Source: Chthonomonadales bacterium
GTDB taxonomy: Bacteria > Armatimonadota > Chthonomonadetes > Chthonomonadales > CAJBBX01
Length of the DNA: 64,000 bases
Direction: 5' to 3'
NCBI GenBank assembly: GCA_037443035.1
Contig: JBBIPC010000014.1
Span: 15,415 to 79,414 of the forward strand
The notes below the pieces were generated by a model. The model ran no database searches. It saw nothing but the letters and a program-made list of their open reading frames with translations, and had not been told where the DNA came from. A program made the position numbers and the translations under genes. This document shows positions 29,315 to 39,729 of this stretch, piece by piece (the stretch's first letter is position 1; the number at the start of each line of letters is the position of its first letter).

Positions 29315-29806
29315 ATGCTCCGCATGATGCCAGAAGCCTTCATCACGATCGTCCATCCTCCGGACGCCGCCCGCGACCCGTCTGCTGCATTCCGCGTGCC
29401 AGACCCGGATGACATCGCCGTGTGCTGCTTCTTTGCCGACGATTCCGCGCGGGGCAAGCTCTTGCGCGACCTGCGGACGGTGGCTGGACAGCCACCTGTG
29501 CCCTCCGATCGAGCCGAGAAGGAGACTGCGGCGCTGATGCAACGTTACACCGAAGCTTGGGAAAGCAACGAGCGGATCCGTGCTCTGGCCGAGCTCGTTC
29601 GCTGGCGGACCGGCGTTCACGGACGAGGATACCATACATATACCCTCAAGGAGGGATCGCCGCCTTATCCCTATGGCGTTATCATCTCGTTCTCCGAGCT
29701 GGATAGAGACACGTTGCGCTTGCACCTCGCTGAGGGCCATGCCCACCTCCTGAACGAAAAGAACCGGGTTATGGACGTTTTCGGTTGGGGGATTACGCAG
29801 CCGTGA
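29315..29806 (+). CDS. Hypothetical protein
   Basis: GGGAGGG RBS before ATG 29315; fills the gap between divergent genes. Confidence 0.6.
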   Translation: MLRMMPEAFITIVHPPDAARDPSAAFRVPDPDDIAVCCFFADDSARGKLLRDLRTVAGQPPVPSDRAEKETAALMQRYTEAWESNERIRALAELVRWRTGVHGRGYHTYTLKEGSPPYPYGVIISFSELDRDTLRLHLAEGHAHLLNEKNRVMDVFGWGITQP

Positions 29807-29873
29807 ATGCTCGACGCGCTGAGGCAGGCTCTGGACGCGCGGGTGCGGTGCGCCGTTACCGGGAGGGTGTCGG

Positions 29874-31166
29874 ATGCGACACACGAGCGAACTGACGAGA
29901 CGCCAACTCACCCTAGGCATCGCCTGTGCCGCAGCGTCCGCAGCGACTGAGACTGCTGCGGACGGGAATCGGGTGCGGCTGGGGTTCGTCGGCGTGGGAA
30001 ACCGGGGTGTCCAGCTCCTGGACGCTGCATTGAAGCTCCCAGACGCTGATGTAGTTGGTTTCTGCGATGTCTACGCTCCTTATCTCGAGAGGGCACAGGA
30101 GAAGCTCGGTCGGCGTGTGCCGATCTACTCCGACTACCGGCAGCTACTGGAGCGTAAGGACGTTGACGCTGTGGTCATTGCTACGCCGGATCATTGGCAT
30201 GCCCTCCAGACCGTGGACGCCTGCGAAGCCGGGAAAGACGTGTATGTAGAGAAACCTCTCAGCATCACCGTTGTCGAGGGCCGTCGGATGGTCGAAGCTG
30301 TACGACGCACCAAGCGCATCGTACAGGTTGGACTTCAGCGAAGGTCTTCTGGCATCTACGCCGAGGTGGCTCAGCTCGTGCAGAGCGGACACATCGGGAA
30401 GGTCACTTTGGCCCAGTGCCACCGTATCAGCAACATGTTCCCATCCGGTATCGGGCATGCTCCGGATGGACCTCCACCGCAAGGATTGGACTGGGATATG
30501 TGGCTGGGTCCGCGTCCCCGGCGACCGTTTCGTGCGACCATCGCGCCGTACAAGTTCCGGTGGTGGCATGCGTATTCGTCGCAGGTTGGCAACTGGGGGG
30601 TTCACTATTTCGACGCGCTGCGGTGGATCTTGGGCGAGAAGGCACCGGTCAGTGTATCGGCGCATGGCGGTCGCTTCGCCGTAGACGACGATCGGGACAT
30701 CCCCGACACATTGGAGGTCATTTTCGAGTTCGCCTCCGGACGCCTGCTCACCTTCGGCCAGTACGAGGCTTCGGGTCTCCCCGCACTCCGAACCGGTGAG
30801 GTGGAACTGCGCGGCACGCTTGGAGCGATATACGTGGGTGGCTCCGGCTATGAAGTCGTTGCGGACCGTGGTGGGCAGTTCCAGGAATGGCAGCCGAAGA
30901 TCGAGTCCCGTCAGGTCAAGCGGAACGATGGAAACCTCGACGTGCTCCACATGCGCAACTTCCTCGACTGTGTGCGTTCGCGGCAGAGACCAGCCTGCGA
31001 TGTGGAGGAGGGACATCTATCGACCGTCTTCGCGCACTTGGCGAACATTGCCCTGGCGACTCGCTCGCGCTTGGAGTGGGACGTGAACAAGGAGCGTGTA
31101 ACCAACAACCGTCTGGCGAACAGCCTCTTGCACTACGAGTACCGAGCCCCATGGAAGCTGCGATGA
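29874..31166 (+). CDS. Gfo/Idh/MocA oxidoreductase, Tat-type signal
   Basis: TRRQL signal; GFVGVGNRG, ATPDHWH, VYVEKP, DWDMWLGP, NWGVH. Confidence 0.93.
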   Translation: MRHTSELTRRQLTLGIACAAASAATETAADGNRVRLGFVGVGNRGVQLLDAALKLPDADVVGFCDVYAPYLERAQEKLGRRVPIYSDYRQLLERKDVDAVVIATPDHWHALQTVDACEAGKDVYVEKPLSITVVEGRRMVEAVRRTKRIVQVGLQRRSSGIYAEVAQLVQSGHIGKVTLAQCHRISNMFPSGIGHAPDGPPPQGLDWDMWLGPRPRRPFRATIAPYKFRWWHAYSSQVGNWGVHYFDALRWILGEKAPVSVSAHGGRFAVDDDRDIPDTLEVIFEFASGRLLTFGQYEASGLPALRTGEVELRGTLGAIYVGGSGYEVVADRGGQFQEWQPKIESRQVKRNDGNLDVLHMRNFLDCVRSRQRPACDVEEGHLSTVFAHLANIALATRSRLEWDVNKERVTNNRLANSLLHYEYRAPWKLR

Positions 31167-31206
31167 CGGCAGGGGCCGCTGCGGTATGGACCCGGAGGAC
31201 AATGCC

Positions 31207-34200
31207 ATGACTCAGCACGTGCGGGCAGTCCAGGGACTTGGAGCAGCCATTGTGGCGCTGGCATTGTTCTGTGGCCCTCTTGCCCGATCTCAGCAGCCCC
31301 CGCCAGCAGCACCAGTCGCCCAGAGCCAGCCAGGAACGCATCGGTCGCCTGCCGTGCCTCCTCCTCCAGGTGGCTTCGACTATAGCCGTATCGTGCGCAT
31401 CTGGAATGTACCGCCACCCTCGACGACTACCGAGACCACGAGCTCCGGGCCGACTGTGGGTAGCCGCATTGTTCTGTCGTCCAACGTACCTGCTGCAGAG
31501 GACCTGGCGCTTCTCGCATCGGCCGGTTTCACTCTCCTCCAGACGGACAGCGATCATCTCAGCACTGAGGAGGTTCGACCCAACGGCTTCGACTTCGGGC
31601 CGCAGGACGCAGCTCGACTGGCCAGTCTCCGCGCTGGTTTCGACTGGTGCTATTTCCCCCATTTCGCCTTCCCGCCGCCGTGGTATTCCCAGAAGATCCA
31701 GTACCCGCGCATTCGGTGCCTCGAACATGACCAGACGGTCGAGGCCTTTTCGCCATGGGACCCCAACTTCGGGTATTTCGTGTCCCGAGGCTACCAGGTG
31801 CTCGCCCGGCACTTCGGACAGACGGTCGGTGCTGGTTCGGGGCCGGGCTCGGCCGCTGTATCGAGCTCCCCCATGTCTATGCCGGCCTTCTACGTGGGCA
31901 TCCACGGCGACTATGGTGAGTGCGGCGTGTTCATCGGAGCCCGCACCAGCGTTCCTGGCCAGAAGGAGGACTGGGAGCGGCGGTTCGGCAATCTCCATAA
32001 CCATGTTGGTTGGTGGTGCGGCGATGCGCTTGCCCGAGCATCCTTCCGAACCACGATGCTCGGTCGGTATGGCGGTCTTGCAGCTCTCAACGCCGCGTGG
32101 CGCACGAATTTCAAGGACGCTGATTCCATCACCTATCCAGCCAATGTCAATGCTGGCAGCCGTCGCTACTGGCTGGACTTCGTGAACTGGTACAGGCAAT
32201 CCATCAGCAACATGACGGATGTCGTGAGCCGGATCGCCCGGCGGACGTTCCCTAGTGCCTTGCTCATGCTTCCCTGCGGCTTTGGCGACGAAGATCCGCG
32301 GACGGGCGCCGACAATTCCATGCTAGCGAGAATCGCCGCCCGGCACCGCATGGATCTTCGTTCTACCCATGGCGGATACCAGCCATTCGCCGAGAATCAG
32401 GCGACGATGCTGGGACGATTGGCGTCGGCATGCAGGTTCTACGGTGTTCCCTTCTGGTCGGAGCCACCGAGCACCATCAGCCCCGACGGACAGGTTCAGC
32501 GCATCTTCGAGGCCATAACACTCGGGGCACGCGGCCACTTCGATTGGAGCTCCAACGTGAAGACCGGGCGGGAGGCCTACTACCGCTACGGCAAGTACAT
32601 GCGCGTATCGCGCCGAGTGGTGGATGTGGCCATGTTCTATCCCACGACGAGCCACCTGCTCCGACCCGATGAGGGATACCCTCCGCTGCTGAGACAAGGG
32701 TGCACGACCATCCGAGACATCCTCGACTACGACATTGTGGACGAGCGCATGGTGCTGGACGGCGCCCTCGACAGGTATCGGGTGCTCGTACTCTGGGAAG
32801 GAGCTATCGTGGAGGCGCCGGTCCTCGAGCGCATAAGAGCGTGGGTGGAGCAGGGCGGCGTGCTGGTGGCGTATGACTTCGGCAAGATAGAGACGGTCGA
32901 GGGGAGTCTGGATTGGTTCCGCGACGTTCTCGGCTACGCCGGCAGGCTCACGCCGGCTGCTGGCTCCCTTCGGTTCACCCCAGCCCCTGGCGCGCGACAG
33001 CAGACAGCCTACCGGATTACCGTGGGCGCCACGGAAGCGGTGACCTATCTAGAGGGGGATTGGTATCCGTCCGAGGAGACAGGCGGGGTTCTCCGGAGGT
33101 GGGCGGGTGCTGACGCCCACGTTCTCTTACCGGTCAAGGGCGGAACGGACATGGTGCTGACCGTACGCGCTTCCTTTCCTCCCGAAGCCGCGGGGCTTCG
33201 CCGCGAGGTGCTTGTCAACGGTACTCAGGTCGGCATACTCGACCTTGCTGGTGAACACACGTATCGCTTCGGGGTGCCATCGAACTTGACCGTAGGCCGA
33301 AACGTGAGCCGGGTAACATTCCGCTGTGAGACATTCGCGCCGTCGGAGAGGATCGCCGGTAGTAGCGACGGACGATCTCTGGGCGTATGGGTGTCGTACG
33401 TCCAGCTCTCTCAAGACACGGCCGAGTCTGCGCTGACCGATCCAGGGATGCCTCAGGGGACCCTAGAAGTCTCTGTAGACTATCAGAGGCTTCGTAGCGA
33501 ATGGGCGCGCCGGCTGGGGCGTGGCTGGACCATCTACTTCCCCGCGAAGAAAGATCAGCTTCGCGCTTACTGCGAGGTCGTCCGCTATGCCACGTACCAT
33601 CTATCCGACCTCGATACATCCAAGAAGGACGCCATTGCCATAGATGACGCGTGGGATGGGGTCTATGCTACGCTATGCACGGACAAGGCTGTCTATTACA
33701 ACCCGACGCAGCGTCGTGTCTTTCGCACAATTGTTCTCTCGCCTTCGGCGCTGGCGGCAAACCGAGAAGTTGTGCGTTTGTCCCGCTTCACCCATGAGCT
33801 CACACTGGAGCCGAGATCCATATCCGTCATCCCATTCACGCCAGCGCCGGCCGAGCTCCTTCTACAGTGCGAGAAGTTCACCATCCTAGGATCCATCAAG
33901 CCTCAGCCTGGTCCCCAGTTCAGCCCCGGTGTGGGCGATACACACGTACTCGTGCCGGAAGGGGGGTCCATCAGCACACGCTTCGAATGCCCCGTCTCGG
34001 GCCGCTTCCGTGTGTTCTACAGAACCTGGCGCAGGAACGCGCTCTGCCCAGCGAACATCACTGTGAACGGCAAGCCTTGCGCGCCGGTTACAGGAATTGT
34101 GCAACGCGGAGGAACGGAGACGTTGTGTGCGGGTGAAGTCTCCTTGGAGCGAGGCGTACATACCCTCACGATTCGACCGCGTCCGGGTCAGGATCTTCGC

Positions 34201-34263
34201 GCCGACTACGTGATACTGTCTTCTGATCCGGATATCGCAGGCTACGGCTTTGCAGTGAAGTAG
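31207..34263 (+). CDS. Large exported glycoside hydrolase (GH42/beta-galactosidase-like barrel, GATase-like domain, beta-sandwich modules)
   Basis: Signal peptide; RYGGLAALNAAW.TNF, WLDFVNWY, FWSEPP, DYDIVDE..LDRYRVLV. Confidence 0.65.
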   Translation: MTQHVRAVQGLGAAIVALALFCGPLARSQQPPPAAPVAQSQPGTHRSPAVPPPPGGFDYSRIVRIWNVPPPSTTTETTSSGPTVGSRIVLSSNVPAAEDLALLASAGFTLLQTDSDHLSTEEVRPNGFDFGPQDAARLASLRAGFDWCYFPHFAFPPPWYSQKIQYPRIRCLEHDQTVEAFSPWDPNFGYFVSRGYQVLARHFGQTVGAGSGPGSAAVSSSPMSMPAFYVGIHGDYGECGVFIGARTSVPGQKEDWERRFGNLHNHVGWWCGDALARASFRTTMLGRYGGLAALNAAWRTNFKDADSITYPANVNAGSRRYWLDFVNWYRQSISNMTDVVSRIARRTFPSALLMLPCGFGDEDPRTGADNSMLARIAARHRMDLRSTHGGYQPFAENQATMLGRLASACRFYGVPFWSEPPSTISPDGQVQRIFEAITLGARGHFDWSSNVKTGREAYYRYGKYMRVSRRVVDVAMFYPTTSHLLRPDEGYPPLLRQGCTTIRDILDYDIVDERMVLDGALDRYRVLVLWEGAIVEAPVLERIRAWVEQGGVLVAYDFGKIETVEGSLDWFRDVLGYAGRLTPAAGSLRFTPAPGARQQTAYRITVGATEAVTYLEGDWYPSEETGGVLRRWAGADAHVLLPVKGGTDMVLTVRASFPPEAAGLRREVLVNGTQVGILDLAGEHTYRFGVPSNLTVGRNVSRVTFRCETFAPSERIAGSSDGRSLGVWVSYVQLSQDTAESALTDPGMPQGTLEVSVDYQRLRSEWARRLGRGWTIYFPAKKDQLRAYCEVVRYATYHLSDLDTSKKDAIAIDDAWDGVYATLCTDKAVYYNPTQRRVFRTIVLSPSALAANREVVRLSRFTHELTLEPRSISVIPFTPAPAELLLQCEKFTILGSIKPQPGPQFSPGVGDTHVLVPEGGSISTRFECPVSGRFRVFYRTWRRNALCPANITVNGKPCAPVTGIVQRGGTETLCAGEVSLERGVHTLTIRPRPGQDLRADYVILSSDPDIAGYGFAVK

Positions 34264-34287
34264 CCTGACGCCCATTCTCCTGCTTGC

Positions 34288-35163
34288 ATGCAGCTTCCCT
34301 TCGAGATCCTCGCCCGTACGCACTACGCCAAGGCCGAGGAGTATTGGCGAGCGGACCGCCTCGAGGCAGCACATGCCGCCATGACGCTTGCCATGCAGGC
34401 CGGCATGAGCCCGAGCGACGTCTATGATCGGCAGCGGACGATCGACGCCGAGCTCGCCGCGCGTCGGAACTGTCTGCGATGGCGCCCCACGGAGCATCTG
34501 GTGCTGGAGCTGCCATCTGACAGATCGTCCCATCTGCATGCCACGGTGTTGTGTGTAGCAATGGCGGCATGGACGGATGTTACCGAGACGCTCCGTATAC
34601 GATGGGGCAAGCCGGTTCTCGTTGCCGTATTCCGGGACGCGGAATCCTCGCTCTTCCTGCACGCCCGGTATGGCTACTACAGCGAGCGCTCGGAATCCCA
34701 CAAGGTCTGTCTGCCCTGCGACCTGCTCCAGAGCGCTGCCAGCCTTCGACGAGCACTTCTTCACGAGGTTTCGCACGCAGCGCTGCACAACTATATCGGA
34801 GACACAGTGCCCCGATGGTTCGACGAGGGAGTCGCAGTATGGATGGAAGGCGGAGGAGACTCGCTCGAGCGACGACAGCTCCGTATTCGGGCCAGCCAGA
34901 GAGACCGGCCGAGCATGGACCAGATCTCCTCACTTCTCAGTAGCTACGGTACGGACCTCGACAGTACTGCGGCTGGGGTTGCCTATGTTGCTGCCGGATC
35001 GTTCGTGAGCTTCGTCGTCACCCATAGCGGCATCGAAGGTCTGCGAAGCGCGCTCATGCTATCGGCATCTGGCGAAGACTTCGGACGCGCGTTTCGGTAC
35101 GCCACAGGACGGGGTCTACGGGAGTGGGAGACGGCCTGGCGCTGTGCGTTGGTGACTGGCTAG
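34288..35163 (+). CDS. Peptidase MA-like zinc metallopeptidase
   Basis: LLHEVSH (HEXXH) ... PRWFDEGVA ... AY. Confidence 0.8.
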   Translation: MQLPFEILARTHYAKAEEYWRADRLEAAHAAMTLAMQAGMSPSDVYDRQRTIDAELAARRNCLRWRPTEHLVLELPSDRSSHLHATVLCVAMAAWTDVTETLRIRWGKPVLVAVFRDAESSLFLHARYGYYSERSESHKVCLPCDLLQSAASLRRALLHEVSHAALHNYIGDTVPRWFDEGVAVWMEGGGDSLERRQLRIRASQRDRPSMDQISSLLSSYGTDLDSTAAGVAYVAAGSFVSFVVTHSGIEGLRSALMLSASGEDFGRAFRYATGRGLREWETAWRCALVTG

Positions 35164-35771
35164 CGTCGTGGCGCCAGCCGCTCCACGTGGTAATGCCCAG
35201 CGATGGCTCGCAGGGCGGTGCGCGTAGGACCCATGTTCAATAAGGCTAGCAGGTACACGCCAACGACGATGGCCGCAATGCCCCACTGGGCGGCCGCCAC
35301 CCTGCTACTCTTGCCCTCGGCCAGCGCAACATAGGCGCGGTCCACGTCGAGTAGGTACGCGCTGAAGATCCACAGCGCGATATTCAGAAGCCCGAATGTA
35401 GTACCCAAGCCCACGAAGCCAATAGGAATCTCGATGAGTCGCCCAATCTGATGTAACGTGTGGCCTGTCACGATGCCATAACCTCCAACGATCAGCAGCG
35501 ACAACGACATGTCGGCGATCGTCACGTACGTCATCCAGACCATGGCATACCAGCCCCAGCGGCGGTGGTGGAGAGCCGCCCAGATCGCCGCTAGCATGAA
35601 GAAGGCTGCTACCCAGACCTCACGCGGCAGGCTTCCTGTCTGCGAGACACGGACCGCCAACCAGTAGACGTTGTCGAACACCCAGAGGAACGCTACCACA
35701 CGAACGCCGCTGAGGACGGCTGCTCGTGTCTTGCTCGAACTCCCAGTGGGTGTCGTATCAGGCTGACTCAC
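35160..35771 (-). CDS. Hypothetical membrane protein
   Basis: About 5 hydrophobic segments. Confidence 0.65.
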   Translation of the reverse strand: MSQPDTTPTGSSSKTRAAVLSGVRVVAFLWVFDNVYWLAVRVSQTGSLPREVWVAAFFMLAAIWAALHHRRWGWYAMVWMTYVTIADMSLSLLIVGGYGIVTGHTLHQIGRLIEIPIGFVGLGTTFGLLNIALWIFSAYLLDVDRAYVALAEGKSSRVAAAQWGIAAIVVGVYLLALLNMGPTRTALRAIAGHYHVERLAPRR

Positions 35772-35916
35772 TCGAATTCACCGTGGCGAAATATCACGCA
35801 GCAATACTCGGCTCTCACTTCTCTACTCGCAGACCTACACGATGATCCGGAAAGGCCACGCGAGAGCACATCGGCGTGCCTGGCAGCACTCGACCAATGC
35901 CACCATGCAAGGACAC

Positions 35917-36861
35917 TTATCTCGACGAAGAATCCTCCGCCCGTACCGCCGGCGCGCCCACCGAGGCACGTGGCTGCCGGTCCTGGAGCACCAGCCATAC
36001 GCCAGACAAGAGCAACACGGCCCCGACCGCCTGCACAGATCCGACGGGTTCGGCGAAGAACCACCATGCGAGCACGCCGGCCACCACCGGTTCTAGAAGA
36101 GTCGCGGTACCAACTACCGCAGGGGTGAAATGAACCAAGGACCAGTTCAGCATAGTATGGCCCAAGAGTTGCGGCACAAGTGCCATTCCCACGACGGCGC
36201 CCCACGCTCCGGTGCTCGAGGGCACCGGGATGCGGCCTTCGGTCCCGAAGCTCCATGTCAGCATTGTCAATGCCGCAGCGGTGTACGTCCAACACACCAC
36301 ACGCCCTGTACCTAGGCTCACCTGCAGGTCGGACGTCAGCATGAAGTAGGCGGCGATGAGTGCTGCTCCACCCACAGCCAGTGCGTCGCCGACGGGCCCC
36401 GAGCCACCTGTTCGAACCGACATGGCCGCGGATGGACCACCGCTTACCAGCCACGAGCCGCCCAGCGCAACCGTCAGGCCAGCCCAGAACTGCTTCGACG
36501 GAGGGACGCGCCGATAGACCCAGGTACCGAGAACGGCCCATACGGGCGTGGTGGAAACCAGCAGCGTAGAACGCGCAACTGAGACGTGCTGGAGGGAGGC
36601 GAACCATGCCCAGAAGTGGCCAGCCATGGCCGCGCCGGCCATCACCAATCGGGTGCGCTCTGGCCAGCTCAGCGCTCGGCGGTCGCTAGGCGCCCGTCGC
36701 GCATGGGTCAGCCCCAGCACGGCGGCCGAGGCCAGCACCAATCGCCACATGGTCATGTCTCGCGGAGTGAGGTGAGCGGCCAGTCCCCACCGCGCCAGGA
36801 CCGCCGCCGACCCCACAGCTACCTGCGACAAGACGAGCACTAGATGCGCCATGAGCCACAC
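35917..36861 (-). CDS. DMT/EamA-family transporter
   Basis: GHFWAWFASL..SVARST.LVST.P, PQLLGH..LNW, LLEPV. Confidence 0.9.
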   Translation of the reverse strand: MWLMAHLVLVLSQVAVGSAAVLARWGLAAHLTPRDMTMWRLVLASAAVLGLTHARRAPSDRRALSWPERTRLVMAGAAMAGHFWAWFASLQHVSVARSTLLVSTTPVWAVLGTWVYRRVPPSKQFWAGLTVALGGSWLVSGGPSAAMSVRTGGSGPVGDALAVGGAALIAAYFMLTSDLQVSLGTGRVVCWTYTAAALTMLTWSFGTEGRIPVPSSTGAWGAVVGMALVPQLLGHTMLNWSLVHFTPAVVGTATLLEPVVAGVLAWWFFAEPVGSVQAVGAVLLLSGVWLVLQDRQPRASVGAPAVRAEDSSSR

Positions 36862-36892
36862 CGACGACCGCCCGCGTTCCTGACGTGTGCAC

Positions 36893-37690
36893 TCAGTATT
36901 TCACTGGCCCTTCCGACACAGCCGCTCCGACACACTCCCCAGCCACGCGATTCGCTTCGGCCAGCATGAAACCCAGCTCGCTACTCACCGCGATGAACCG
37001 GAAGCCTTCCGCCATGCGCCGTCTGGCCTGCTCGACTGTGCCTACGTGGATCCCCGGAGCGATGCCGAACCGACGTGCCGTATCCCGTAGCCTGCGGACG
37101 GCTTCGACGAAATCGGGATCCGGTACCTCCATGGCGGGGGTTCTGCCCATGGACGCCAGGAGGTCGTTGGGGCCGATGAACATGGCATCGAGACCCGGCA
37201 CCGAGAAGATCTGCTCGCATCGCTCCACCGCGAGGACGTGCTCCGCCTGCACAACGACGAGGATTTCATCGTTGGCCCGGTGGAAGTACTCCGTTCCGTT
37301 CGTAGCGAAGTTCAAGACGTGCATGCCGCCGCCGACGCTACGCCGACCGATGGGGGGATACTTGCATACCGCCACGGCTTCTTCCGCCTCCTCACGGCTG
37401 TTGCACATGGGGAAGATAATGCCGTAGGCGCCCGCATCCAAGGCACGCTTGGCGCTTTCCAGGTTCGTGAAGGGAACGCGTGCCAGCGGCACGCAACCTG
37501 CATCGGCGATCAGGCCGAAGATGAGCGCGGCCGTCTCCCAATCGGCAGGGCTATGCTCGATGTCTAGGGTAAGCCAGCGGAAACCTGTCCTCGCCATGAA
37601 ACGGGCTGCTATGGGGCTCGCCAGCGATAGCCACGTGCCGACTTGGACCTCGTCGGCCCTGAGAGCTGCCTTGACGGGATTACTGCGCAT
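36893..37690 (-). CDS. HpcH/HpaI aldolase
   Basis: WLTLDIEH, RALDAGAYG, YPPIGRRS, QAEH, FIGPNDL. Confidence 0.93.
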   Translation of the reverse strand: MRSNPVKAALRADEVQVGTWLSLASPIAARFMARTGFRWLTLDIEHSPADWETAALIFGLIADAGCVPLARVPFTNLESAKRALDAGAYGIIFPMCNSREEAEEAVAVCKYPPIGRRSVGGGMHVLNFATNGTEYFHRANDEILVVVQAEHVLAVERCEQIFSVPGLDAMFIGPNDLLASMGRTPAMEVPDPDFVEAVRRLRDTARRFGIAPGIHVGTVEQARRRMAEGFRFIAVSSELGFMLAEANRVAGECVGAAVSEGPVKY

Positions 37691-38690
37691 GGAACACCTC
37701 CTTTGGCCGCGGTGCTCGTAGTAGAGGTGACTGAAACACCTCCGGATTCAGTGTGGATGCCGGTGCGATACCGCGCATGAGTAGCAGTACATTCTGTGCC
37801 GCCATGAGACACATGCGACTGGCTGCTTCTACGGCGTTGAAGGCATTGTGGGCTGTGAGGATCAACCGCGGGGCGCTCCGCAGGGGGTCATCCGGCGCCA
37901 ACGGCTCATCGCACGTGACGTCCAGGGCAGCGCCGGCTATGACACCTTGCTCGAGCGCCCGGATCAGCGCCGGTTCATCCACAAGAGATCCTCGGGATGT
38001 GTTGATGAAGTATGCTGTTGGCTTCATGCGCGCAAACTGCTCCGCGCCCAACATGCCCTTTGTCTCGGGGATGGCGGGTGCGTGCAGGCTGACGAAATCA
38101 CTCTCTTCGAGCAGCCGTTCCAGCGTGACCATCTCCACCGTCTCCGATGCACCTCGGGTACACGGGTCATGGGCCAGGATGCGCATGTCGAACCCTGCCA
38201 TGCGCCGCGCCACAGCTCGACCGATCTGACCGTAGCCAACCAGTCCCAGCGTCTTGCCATACACTAACGTGCCGGCAAGTTCGTTCCAGCCGCCGTCATG
38301 GACCGTGCGATCCAGCTCTACAATGCGCCGAGCACAGGCGATGATCAGCCCGACAGTGAAATCCGCTACGGCGTCCACCATGGCACCGGGAGTGTTCGTG
38401 CACACCACGCCGGCCTGCGTGGCCGCCTGGACGTCCACGGCGTCGTATCCCACGCCCACCCTCGATACGATCTTGAGCTGGGGGATGCCAGCGAACACCT
38501 CGGCAGTGTAGTCTTCTGAGGACGCGAGAACTGCGTCACACCCATGCAGGATCTCGATCAGCTCCGCGGTTGGATAGCGTGCGAAACGTGGTGGTCGGAC
38601 GACCGTACATCCGGCTTCTTCGAGAGCCGACTGCGCCTCCGTGCCGTGATTCCAGAATGCACGGGAGGTGCCAAGCACACGCCAGCTCAT
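37680..38690 (-). CDS. D-isomer-specific 2-hydroxyacid dehydrogenase
   Basis: RVGVGYD, GLVGYGQIG, INTSRG, AALDV..EP, TAHNA. Confidence 0.92.
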   Translation of the reverse strand: MSWRVLGTSRAFWNHGTEAQSALEEAGCTVVRPPRFARYPTAELIEILHGCDAVLASSEDYTAEVFAGIPQLKIVSRVGVGYDAVDVQAATQAGVVCTNTPGAMVDAVADFTVGLIIACARRIVELDRTVHDGGWNELAGTLVYGKTLGLVGYGQIGRAVARRMAGFDMRILAHDPCTRGASETVEMVTLERLLEESDFVSLHAPAIPETKGMLGAEQFARMKPTAYFINTSRGSLVDEPALIRALEQGVIAGAALDVTCDEPLAPDDPLRSAPRLILTAHNAFNAVEAASRMCLMAAQNVLLLMRGIAPASTLNPEVFQSPLLRAPRPKEVFHAQ

Positions 38691-38717
38691 GGACTTACGT
38701 CCTCAGGTTCGCATTGG

Positions 38718-39662
38718 CTACCATGCACCCACATAGAGGACCTCCTCTTCGAGTTGCACCCCGAAACGTTCGGCGACCCGCTGCTTCACCAGGTCTGCCA
38801 CCGCTCGAACGTCGGATGCCGAAGCCCCACCCCGATTGACGATGAAGTTCGCGTGGCGCACACTGACTTCAGCTCCCCCGATGCGCAGGCCTTTACAGCC
38901 GCACGCAGCGCTCAAGTAGCCTGCAGGCACAACGCCGGCTTCTCGTAGCTCGCTGGGAAGACCGGTTATGCGTTCGGCGAGGTCGTGGTCGTAGACGTTC
39001 TTGAAGAAGCTGCCTGCTGAAGGCTGCCACGGCTGGCGATGGATGCGATTGTGCTGGTACTGCCTTGCCTCTTTCAGGATCTCCTCTTTCGGACGAGGCC
39101 GCAACTCCAGCTCCACTGCGACAACGCAATCCGTATGTGACGCGGATCTGCGTAGGCGGCTGTCCCTGTAGCCGAACTCCATCCAAGCTGCAGGAACGCG
39201 CCTAAGTTCACCCGCCTCTACCACGATTAGCGATCGAACGAGGGGACCGATGGAGCGCCGATAGGCACCTGCGTTGGACACGAGCGCACCGCCGACTGTT
39301 CCTGGGATGCCGACTGCGAACTCCAGACCGCCAAGACCCTGACACATCGTTCGGAGGAACAGACGGATGAGGTTGTGGCCGCAGGAGACACGCACGGTCT
39401 CACTGAAGGAAATGTTCTGCGCCCGGTTGTGGATGACCAGCCCGCGAATCCCGGCGTCCGCCACGCAGACATTGCTCCCGCCACCCAGCACGAACCATGG
39501 AATGTCGTGGTGCTGGGCAAGTGCAACGGCCTCCGCAAGTTCATCGTCCGTCTGAACCGTCAGGTAGAACTCGGCAGGTCCACCTACCTGTAACGTCGTG
39601 AGGGGCGCCAGCGGGACGCCCCTCAAGACGCGGCTTCGAAGCGGTTCCGGCAAGTCCTGCAC
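38718..39662 (-). CDS. murB: UDP-N-acetylenolpyruvoylglucosamine reductase
   Basis: TTLQVGGPA, LGGGSN, GIPGTVGGA..NAGAY, FGYRDS, PSAGSFFKN, HANFIVN, LEEEV; start codon uncertain. Confidence 0.95.
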   Translation of the reverse strand: MQDLPEPLRSRVLRGVPLAPLTTLQVGGPAEFYLTVQTDDELAEAVALAQHHDIPWFVLGGGSNVCVADAGIRGLVIHNRAQNISFSETVRVSCGHNLIRLFLRTMCQGLGGLEFAVGIPGTVGGALVSNAGAYRRSIGPLVRSLIVVEAGELRRVPAAWMEFGYRDSRLRRSASHTDCVVAVELELRPRPKEEILKEARQYQHNRIHRQPWQPSAGSFFKNVYDHDLAERITGLPSELREAGVVPAGYLSAACGCKGLRIGGAEVSVRHANFIVNRGGASASDVRAVADLVKQRVAERFGVQLEEEVLYVGAW

Positions 39663-39729
39663 CGCTCGTTCAGAGGCTGACGAGGGCAACTCTTGCGGAC
39701 CTACCGGCTCCCCATACCCGACGATGCGA

